A DNA stretch of 64,000 bases from assembly GCA_963933835.1 (NCBI GenBank), contig CAWVVV010000003.1, forward strand, positions 160,001 to 224,000. Direction: 5' to 3'. The notes under the pieces were generated by a model. It searched no databases, had not been told where the DNA came from, and saw only the letters and a program-made list of their open reading frames with translations. A program made the position numbers and the translations under genes. The DNA comes from an uncultured Puniceicoccaceae bacterium (GTDB taxonomy: Bacteria > Verrucomicrobiota > Verrucomicrobiia > Opitutales > Oceanipulchritudinaceae). This document shows, in pieces, positions 35,297 through 42,870 of the stretch. Position 1 is the stretch's first letter. Each line of letters starts with the position of its first letter.

Positions 35297-38101
35297 CTAG
35301 GCGCTCTCTTCTTCCTGTGAAGCCGTCTCAACGACCTCTGAGAGCTGACGGCGCAGATCAAGGAGATCCATCGTGCTACTGTCTTTAGAGCGGTCAATCG
35401 GCTCGATATAGAACGTATCCACTGCGACATTACGTTCCGTCGCGATCCGCGCAAAGGTGATATCAAAGCCAGCCCCATAGATCGTCCGCGCAAGCCTGTA
35501 GAGAAGACCGATCTGATCAGTCGCCTGAAGCTCGACGATCGTGCGGCGCAGCGAAAGCTCATGGTAAACATCGACGCCAAAAGGAAGCGGAGCCCGGAGA
35601 CGCTCCTCTGTTCTGAGATAGGCGGACTTCTTCAGTTTCGCCTCTTGCAACTCGATGGCTGGCAGTAGGTCGCGATTATGAAGGAGGACGTCCGAGATCG
35701 CTTTACTAAAAACCGCCTTAACCGCTGGGTCTCGAACAATCTGACCATCCGATCCACTGATATAGAATGTATCGATCGTAATATGGTCGGCTCGCGTCAA
35801 TGCGCGGGAACTCACGATACTTAAGCCAGCGACTCCAAACGCACCAGCCAACTTACAAAAGAGGCCTGCTCGATCCCATGTCACGACGTGCACAACCATC
35901 AGCCCTAAGTCGACATCCTCCCGCCATTCAACAACCGGTTCGAGAGAGCCCAGAGAGGCTGACTCAGCGATCGTTTCCAAGAGCTGATGAACCATGCGCA
36001 GGTGAAGGGCGACTTCCTCTGCACTTGAATAAACAAAGTATCTCTCGGGCAAAAGATTGAAGTGAGCTTCAATCTCGTCAGCTGAAATCCCAGGCACAAA
36101 AGCAGTTATTTCGTCCTTCGAAATCATCTCGTAATGGACTCTGGCAGTTTCACCCATGGCATCCAATGTGGAGCGGTAGAGCTGGGTGTGAAGAGAGTCC
36201 TTATAACTGTTCCAAATATCAACTGAAGTGCCCTGGGCATCGCAGTATGTGAGGACGAAGAGGTAGCGTAATTGATCCACGTCGTCGACCCATGAGGCGA
36301 ATTTTCGTATCGTTCGGGCTTCATCTATGTCGTAGTGCTGCCAGAACCGTGCCATCTCTAGGTGGCCGCGAATAAGAAATAGAATTCGGGACCTCACGGA
36401 CTCGGCCACTTGAAGCCTCTTGAGGATGTCTTTCGCAAGCTCAGCGCCGACCTCAGCATGCCCTTTGATCCCACGACCCTTACCAATGTCGTGAAGCAAA
36501 AGAACGAGATAGAGGAGCCCCGGCAGGTCGGTTCGCTCGATCGCTTCTCGGTAATTTTGGGTCACCAGTGCGTTGTCACCTCGAAAAATAGCATCGAGCT
36601 GGTCAATTGTAGCCAGGGTGTGCTCGTCTGCCGTGTAACGGTGATAAAACTCATGCTGAACAAGACATTCTAGTTCAGCCCATTCAGGCAAAAAACGCCC
36701 AAGAACACCCGTGCGGTGCATCGCCCGGAGCGTATCCGATACTTCACCCCTCGTCTGGAGGATCGACCGAAAGGCCTTGTTTGCTTCTGGCGCGTGCCTC
36801 AGGTCTTCGTCAATGAGGTCGAGTCCTTCGGTTACGAGCTTCGTCAGTTCGAGACTGAACCTACACCGCAGTTTTTGGCGAATGCGGAAGACACGGATAA
36901 GACGAATCGGATTCTCTCGGAAGACCATTGGGTTGTCCGCTACGAGACCGGTGGGCCCTAGTTCGAAGACATCGATCCGGGGAGCACGAGACCCTCGGCG
37001 CAATGAATCAACCACGGCCGAAAAAGTAACCTTTGATTGGGAGTCATTAAACAGCCTTTGCTCCAGGATATGGGACGTTTCGTAGATTGTTTTCGCGGCC
37101 TTGTAATACTCCCGCATGAACTGCTCAACCCGACGAAAGATATCGTCGTCCGACCAACCTAGGCCCTCCGCAATCTGAGGTTGTTTTTCAAGGTTAAGCA
37201 GGTCGGTAGCGCGAGTGCTCGAAAAGTGGAGCTCATTTCGAACCCGTAAGAGAAAGTCATACGCTCCCACAAATCCCGCATACTCAACCTCGTCGATGAG
37301 CTTTTCCGTACGGAGCGGGTCGAAATCCTCGCGGTTCAGTTTAAGGCGAACAATCCAGACGATATTCTGATAGTCACGAAGCCCACCAACACCGTTCTTA
37401 ATATCAGGCTCCTGCAAAAATACCGTGTTACTGAATCGACTGCGACGAGCCTTCTGATCGTTCAAACGCTCCTCGATGTAGGCCGATAAATTCTCTTTGC
37501 GAATATGGGTTGAGAAGGCGCTGCGAAAGTGTTTAGCCAACGCAGCGTCACCCGTCACAAGGCGCGATTCAAGCATCGCATTTTTACTCTGCACCTCGAC
37601 GACGGCTTCAGCCACAGCCTCTTTGGGATTCCTCGTACTATGACCAACCTTCAAGCCAAGATCCCAAAGGATGTATAGGATGCCATCGTTAAAAAAAGCC
37701 TGCTGAGATTTAAAGTCCGAAGCCCGCGCCTTGTCTGGATAGACAAACATCAGGTCGATGTCACTAAAGGGGCACAACTCACTGCGACCATACCCGCCAA
37801 GACCTAACATCGCCATCGGTGTATTGACCGAAGTGTGCGTTTGCTTCCAGCGACTTTCGACACGCTTATGCAGTTCCTGAATGAGCACATCCATGCCGCT
37901 TGAAAGGATACGACAAACCGCTAGCCCACCGAGACCTTCACGGTGGTTAGCCTGTGCTAGATTTCGGCCAAATTCGAGAAACTCGCGAAAACGCGGCAGC
38001 GCTTCAGCGTTATCGGGCGCAGGATCGGAAAGCTCCAAGCGCTGGGCTTCCTCTTTTAAAACGGACAACAAGTCCGCATCACTGGTTGCATTCTGATCCA
38101 C
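35297..38101 (-). CDS. glnD: [Protein-PII] uridylyltransferase
   Basis: GGYGR.EL.PFSDIDL, EPDIKNGVGGLRD, HRYT.DEHT, LLHDIGKG, two ACT domains (DRAGLF; DQIGLLY). Confidence 0.96.
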   Translation of the reverse strand: MDQNATSDADLLSVLKEEAQRLELSDPAPDNAEALPRFREFLEFGRNLAQANHREGLGGLAVCRILSSGMDVLIQELHKRVESRWKQTHTSVNTPMAMLGLGGYGRSELCPFSDIDLMFVYPDKARASDFKSQQAFFNDGILYILWDLGLKVGHSTRNPKEAVAEAVVEVQSKNAMLESRLVTGDAALAKHFRSAFSTHIRKENLSAYIEERLNDQKARRSRFSNTVFLQEPDIKNGVGGLRDYQNIVWIVRLKLNREDFDPLRTEKLIDEVEYAGFVGAYDFLLRVRNELHFSSTRATDLLNLEKQPQIAEGLGWSDDDIFRRVEQFMREYYKAAKTIYETSHILEQRLFNDSQSKVTFSAVVDSLRRGSRAPRIDVFELGPTGLVADNPMVFRENPIRLIRVFRIRQKLRCRFSLELTKLVTEGLDLIDEDLRHAPEANKAFRSILQTRGEVSDTLRAMHRTGVLGRFLPEWAELECLVQHEFYHRYTADEHTLATIDQLDAIFRGDNALVTQNYREAIERTDLPGLLYLVLLLHDIGKGRGIKGHAEVGAELAKDILKRLQVAESVRSRILFLIRGHLEMARFWQHYDIDEARTIRKFASWVDDVDQLRYLFVLTYCDAQGTSVDIWNSYKDSLHTQLYRSTLDAMGETARVHYEMISKDEITAFVPGISADEIEAHFNLLPERYFVYSSAEEVALHLRMVHQLLETIAESASLGSLEPVVEWREDVDLGLMVVHVVTWDRAGLFCKLAGAFGVAGLSIVSSRALTRADHITIDTFYISGSDGQIVRDPAVKAVFSKAISDVLLHNRDLLPAIELQEAKLKKSAYLRTEERLRAPLPFGVDVYHELSLRRTIVELQATDQIGLLYRLARTIYGAGFDITFARIATERNVAVDTFYIEPIDRSKDSSTMDLLDLRRQLSEVVETASQEEESA

Positions 38102-38240
38102 TTCGGCGACTCTGCGGACGGATCGGTCAAAAGCAAGCGTGGCTCTGGTAGAAATGGGGTAAAACCTTACTCATAGTTAAGCACTCCTTGGCCAAATATT
38201 ATTGAGACGTCGAGACGGCTTCAAATATCCAGAGGTGCCC

Positions 38241-38891
38241 TTAAGAAGCGCTTTTCTCTGCATGCAAAAAATGGGCCCAAGAGGCATCTGTGCGCGAGCC
38301 AGCGGCAACGGCAACAAAGGGGCGCCAGCGTGGCCTTTCAGGCTTACGAATAAGGCGTAACCCAGCCTCATGTGGCAGGCGATTACCTTTACGGGAATTG
38401 ATCTCGCGCGAGCACGCTACGATGTTTTCCCACGAGGTGCGCCCTCCACGATCACGCGGGATGACATGGTCGAGGGTCAGATCTTTCATGCGGCAGGGTT
38501 TACCACTGTATTGGCATACGAAGCCGTCGCGCTCAAAAACGTTATGACGATTGAATTTCACCTCGGCGACCGGGAGACGGTCGTAGTCGTGGAGCAGTAA
38601 AATCTTCGGCAGGAGGATGTTGAGCCGGATCGTTCGCACATATTCGCCGTCCTGAGGAGGTTCGCTGCTGTTCATCGAATACTCGACCCACTCGCCCGCG
38701 CTCATGGGGAGAAAGTCGCCGTCAAAGGTATTGATCACTCGTGCATGCTCCTGCCAGAGGAGGCTGAAAGCACGTCGCACACCAATGATGTTCACCGCTT
38801 GCCAGTTGCGGTTGAGCACAAGCACCCTGCGAAAGGGCACGTCGACAGAGCTTTCTACAAAAGGGTCCTTCTCATCCAGCGTCTCGATCAT
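38241..38891 (-). CDS. HNH endonuclease (McrA/HNH_5-like)
   Basis: VLVLNRNWQAVN, FNR.NVF.RD..VCQY.G, TLDHVIPR.RGG.TSWENIV......N..KGNR.P.EAG. Confidence 0.88.
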   Translation of the reverse strand: MIETLDEKDPFVESSVDVPFRRVLVLNRNWQAVNIIGVRRAFSLLWQEHARVINTFDGDFLPMSAGEWVEYSMNSSEPPQDGEYVRTIRLNILLPKILLLHDYDRLPVAEVKFNRHNVFERDGFVCQYSGKPCRMKDLTLDHVIPRDRGGRTSWENIVACSREINSRKGNRLPHEAGLRLIRKPERPRWRPFVAVAAGSRTDASWAHFLHAEKSAS

Positions 38892-38986
38892 CGTCGGGAC
38901 TCATCATGTTTTCTATCCCACCTGCCCTGTCAACCGAAGAGTAGGCAACCGCCTCGGTCTCATGCCATGTCTACGGACTGTTGGTT

Positions 38987-39015
38987 ATCCGCAGATTGCT
39001 CAGATTTCCGCAGAT
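38987..39015. repeat. Left 29-bp inverted repeat of the GxxExxY unit
   Basis: ATCCGCAGATTGCTCAGATTTCCGCAGAT; 24/29 identical to the reverse complement of 39385-39413. Confidence 0.8.
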
Positions 39016-39384
39016 GATTTTTGGAGAGGATCAGACGCTTGTATTCGAGCGAGGTGGCTCCGAAATTTATTAGAAGGGCTTTCTCCAAGCCGGATGCCTT
39101 GAGGTAGTTGATGACTTGGGCTTCCTCCGTGCCTGAGAGGTTTTTAAGGGCCTTTAGTTCGACGATGATCGATCCGTAGCAGACAAAGTCGGCACGATAC
39201 GACGTATTGAGCGCAACTTCGCGGTAGAGGATCGGGAGCGAACGCTCCCGTTCGTAAGGAATACCTCGCGCAACAAGCTCCCGCTCCAATGCCTCCTGAT
39301 AAACCGGCTCAAGAAAACCGTGCCCCAGGTATGAACGGCCATCGCTGCGCCGATAAGGGCGTAGGTATCCGGGTCTCTCTGTAA

Positions 39385-39413
39385 ATCTGCGTTCATCTGC
39401 GAAATCTGCGGAT
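39385..39413. repeat. Right 29-bp inverted repeat of the GxxExxY unit
   Basis: ATCTGCGTTCATCTGCGAAATCTGCGGAT (reverse complement ATCCGCAGATTTCGCAGATGAACGCAGAT). Confidence 0.8.
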
Positions 39414-39664
39414 CATACACCCTGTTGATTGTGGATTATCTGCAGAGCCTTGTCGGATTCCTTCCACCCGAGGAGGGTTTCGGCGATGCGGTCGGGGGCA
39501 TTCGATTTTCGCATAGTGGAAGACCTTGGTCTAATCCACGTTTAGAACTAAAATCAAAAACCTGACGAGCGATAAAATATATCACTCCGTTTTAAAGGCC
39601 ATACCCGAAGACAGATTTGGCAAAGCGCCGTCATACTAGTTCACGCTTGGAGACCTTAGCGTTC

Positions 39665-40744
39665 CTACCCGACGACCTCAACCAAACCACTACCCTTCGT
39701 GATTTCGCCGATATCCCATGCGCGATGCTTGAAGGTTGCTGCCTTTTTGATCACGCCATCCACCGCATCCGGCGACACTACGAGCACCATTCCGACACCC
39801 ATGTTAAAGACTTCGTAGAGTTCCTGAAAGTCGACTTCACCCGTATTCGCCATCGCTTGAAAGACAGTCAGCGGCTTCCACTTTCGTGTATCCACAATTG
39901 CATCAACCTTATCATTGAGGACACGGGAAAGATTTCCCTTAAAACCTCCACCGGTGATGTGAGCAGCAGCGAAAAGTTGATTCCCCTTCCGCATCCCAGC
40001 GTTTGCAGCCTTGTTCATGCCCTTGAGGGCGGCCTGTAGAAAAGGGGCGTAATTCACATGTGGCTTTAGCAGCGCCGAAGCAACTGTGCCACGAGCGCCC
40101 GGCAATGCATCTGCGGGAGACAAGCTCATGTGATCGAAGTAGAGTTTCCGCGCTAGCGAGAAGCCGTTTGTGTGCAAGCCACTCGACTGCAAACCAATGA
40201 GCCGGTCCCCTGCTTTGATCGGCTTTCCAGTGAGCAATTTTGATTTATCGACGACACCAACGATGGTGCCAACGAGATCGAATTCGTTTTCCACATAGAC
40301 ACCGGGCAGCTCCGCAGTCTCCCCACCAACGAGGGCGATATTACCAGCCTCGCAAGCGCCTGCCAGTCCGCGCAAAAGCGCCAAATAAGCACGTTCCTCG
40401 AGCTCGCCCGTGGCGTAGTAGTCTAGGAAATACAAAGGCTCGGCTCCGCACACTGCGACATCGTTTGCGCAATGGTTCACAATATCAGCTCCAAGGAAGC
40501 GATACTCACCAGCGAGTGAGGCGGCCTTCACCTTTGTCCCAACGCTATCCGTACTACTCACCAACACTGGATGCTTCAAACGTCGAGCCAGCTTAGAAAT
40601 ATCGAAGAGACCTCCAAAGCCACCAATGCCGCCGAGTGATTCAGGGCGCGTCGCGCGCTTAAGGGCGGGCTTTACTTTATCGAGAAGGCGGTCTGCCAGA
40701 GCAATATCAACTCCAGCCTGCGCATACGCTTTAGATTTTTTCAT
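39665..40744 (-). CDS. purM: Phosphoribosylformylglycinamidine cyclo-ligase
   Basis: Y..AGVDI, GGIGGFGGLF, LVSSTD.VGTK, AEPLYFLDY, GGETAELPG, SSGLHTNGFSL, HITGGG, FNMGVGM. Confidence 0.97.
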   Translation of the reverse strand: MKKSKAYAQAGVDIALADRLLDKVKPALKRATRPESLGGIGGFGGLFDISKLARRLKHPVLVSSTDSVGTKVKAASLAGEYRFLGADIVNHCANDVAVCGAEPLYFLDYYATGELEERAYLALLRGLAGACEAGNIALVGGETAELPGVYVENEFDLVGTIVGVVDKSKLLTGKPIKAGDRLIGLQSSGLHTNGFSLARKLYFDHMSLSPADALPGARGTVASALLKPHVNYAPFLQAALKGMNKAANAGMRKGNQLFAAAHITGGGFKGNLSRVLNDKVDAIVDTRKWKPLTVFQAMANTGEVDFQELYEVFNMGVGMVLVVSPDAVDGVIKKAATFKHRAWDIGEITKGSGLVEVVG

Positions 40745-40793
40745 CTGAAATAGACTCTACGAGATAGTTCGGTGATTTCGTAGTGGTTTTTCG

Positions 40794-42713
40794 CTACGAT
40801 TTAAGTTCGTTCTTTTCATAGTAATCAACGAACGCTCGATTACAGATTGCTGTTCCACCCGGGGTTGGATACTGGCCTGAGAAATACCAATCACCAGAGT
40901 GTTCAGGACAAGCTGCATGCAGGGCCCCGATCGATTGATAAACAATCGTCAGATCACCTTTCCAGCCACGGTCGCTTGGGTAGAGGAGCTGCGCAATGCG
41001 GGCGGAAATCTCTTCATCCGAGAACGGCTCGTAAATATCGCAGACAACGTTGCGTTGTTTCGCAGCAGGCTTTTTCAGCTCCGCCAGACAACCGCGATAG
41101 GTATCCGCCAAAAGTGGGTCTTTCCCTTTTTCTTTTATGAGCTTAACCGCGGCTTGAAAAGCGACGAACTTACCGAGGCTAGACATATCGATACCGTAGC
41201 AATCGGGATAACGAATCTGCGGCGCGGTCGACGCGATAATGATCCGCTTTGGCTGCGTCCGCGTCAAAATCCCGATGATACTTTCGCGCAGAGTTGTGCC
41301 CCGTACAATCGAATCATCCAGAACAACCAGATTATCATCCGGCGCGACGACGTCATACGTGATATCATAGATGTGGCTGACCATCTTAGAGCGGCCCTCT
41401 TCATTTGCGATGAAGGTGCGAAGCTTGATGTCTTTGTGAGCAATCTTTTCGGCGCGCGGCCAATTGCTCAATATCAACTCTTCGACCACTTGCTCAAAGT
41501 TCGCCACGAGCGTATTATCCTTAACGGCCTCACGCAGGCGGTGCTGCACCTCCACGCGGCGTAAGCGGCGTAGTTCATCGAGCAGCCCATAGCTAGCCGT
41601 CTCTGCTGTGTTCGGAATAAAGCTGAAGACAGAGTTTCCGAGGTCGCCATCAATGGCCTTCAAGATGCGCCCAGCGAGCGAACCACCCAAGCGCTTACGC
41701 TCCTGATAGATATCAGGATCGTTACCTCGCGAGAAGTAAATGCGCTCAAACGAACACGATGAACGCGGCTGAGGAGGCGCGAAGCTTTCGCAGCGGAGTT
41801 TTCCGTCGCGCTTGATCGTCACGACGTGGCCCGGCGGAACCTCTTGGACATCAGATTTCGCAAGGTCAAAGACGGTCATGAGCGGCACCCGCTCACTCGC
41901 GAAGGCAACAATTTCGTCGTTCTCAAACCAGAAGGCCGGGCGAATACCACGAGGATCGCGCATTACAAAGCAGTCACCATTTCCAACCGCACCTGAAATT
42001 GTGTAGCCGCCATCCCAGACCTTTGCGCTTTCGCTCAAAACCTTCACGAGGTCTAGTTGTTCGCTGATCACATTCGGGATCTGATCACCCGGTGTGCCCG
42101 CATCGCGCTCGCGGTGATAAATCTCGTCATGAGCTTCATCGAGGTGAAATCCGATCTCCTCTAGGACGGTCTGGGTATCGGTGCCGAAAATCGGATGCTG
42201 CCCACGATTGATCAGGGTCTGATGAAGCTCATCCGCATTCGTCATGTTGAAATTACCGGAGAGCATCAGGTTACGCGTCGTCCAGTTACTACGGCGATAA
42301 TACGGATGGCATACATTCGCCCCCATCCCGCCCGAAGTGCGGTAACGCAAGTGCCCGAAGAGCAACTCGCCGCCAAAATCAAAATGTTCTTTGACCGTCT
42401 CGGGAAACTCAGGGTAGATCGTCCCCTGCCGCTTCATCTTATCGTAGCTTTTGAGGGTGCGCTTAAAAAGCCGAGCGAGGGAGTTGTCGCGTGACTCACG
42501 ATCGCGGAACATGAAGTTCTGCCCCAGCGGCATCTCAAATTTTACGCAACCAATACCGGCCCCATCTTGACCGCGATTGTGTTGTTTCTCCAAGAGGAGA
42601 AAGAGGCGGTTAAAAGCCCACAACGGGTTCCCATACTTGTCAGCATAGTAGCGTAGCGGGTGCTTTAACCGGATCAGGGCAATACCACAGTGGTGTTTAA
42701 TCGAGTCGCTCAT
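40794..42713 (-). CDS. purF: Amidophosphoribosyltransferase (long Bacteroidetes-like form)
   Basis: Propeptide MSDSIKHH then CGIA, KQHNRGQDGAG, GHLRY, RDPRGIRP, CSFERIYFSRG, DDSIVRGTTL, YPDCYGIDM. Confidence 0.94.
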   Translation of the reverse strand: MSDSIKHHCGIALIRLKHPLRYYADKYGNPLWAFNRLFLLLEKQHNRGQDGAGIGCVKFEMPLGQNFMFRDRESRDNSLARLFKRTLKSYDKMKRQGTIYPEFPETVKEHFDFGGELLFGHLRYRTSGGMGANVCHPYYRRSNWTTRNLMLSGNFNMTNADELHQTLINRGQHPIFGTDTQTVLEEIGFHLDEAHDEIYHRERDAGTPGDQIPNVISEQLDLVKVLSESAKVWDGGYTISGAVGNGDCFVMRDPRGIRPAFWFENDEIVAFASERVPLMTVFDLAKSDVQEVPPGHVVTIKRDGKLRCESFAPPQPRSSCSFERIYFSRGNDPDIYQERKRLGGSLAGRILKAIDGDLGNSVFSFIPNTAETASYGLLDELRRLRRVEVQHRLREAVKDNTLVANFEQVVEELILSNWPRAEKIAHKDIKLRTFIANEEGRSKMVSHIYDITYDVVAPDDNLVVLDDSIVRGTTLRESIIGILTRTQPKRIIIASTAPQIRYPDCYGIDMSSLGKFVAFQAAVKLIKEKGKDPLLADTYRGCLAELKKPAAKQRNVVCDIYEPFSDEEISARIAQLLYPSDRGWKGDLTIVYQSIGALHAACPEHSGDWYFSGQYPTPGGTAICNRAFVDYYEKNELKS

Positions 42714-42870
42714 TTGTTAGCTCTGGAACTAAAGTCTTGGAACCTAAAGGAGGACGAGCCCAAATCTGGGTGCAACCTCAAAGGCTTCATAGCGGCAGAG
42801 AAATCCTCTTGGAGAAAAACACCCTCAGTGCGGAGTTGCACACCCTCCATCCAATCCCCACAACCGACAA

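Larger units (their letters stand above)
38960..39420 (-). pseudogene. GxxExxY (PD-(D/E)XK-like) protein, frameshifted near 39330
   Basis: Frame A: TYALIGAAMAVHT. Frame B: LGHGFLEPVYQEALE.EL...YRADFVCYGSIIVELKA...AQVINYLKASG....LLINFG..SLEYKRL. The frameshift could be an assembly error. Confidence 0.88.

Noticed and set aside
38987..39446. CAGAT repeats as a CRISPR array or classical IS ends
   Set aside because: No repeat-spacer periodicity, cas genes, transposase or abutting target-site duplication; reported instead as a GxxExxY-associated repeat.
42714..42870. Possible purine/ZTP riboswitch or operator between purF and purL (GGAACTAAAG/GGAACCTAAAG repeat; GGGTGCAAC/GTTGCACACCC)
   Set aside because: No riboswitch consensus recognised; the repeats are short and imperfect enough to be chance.
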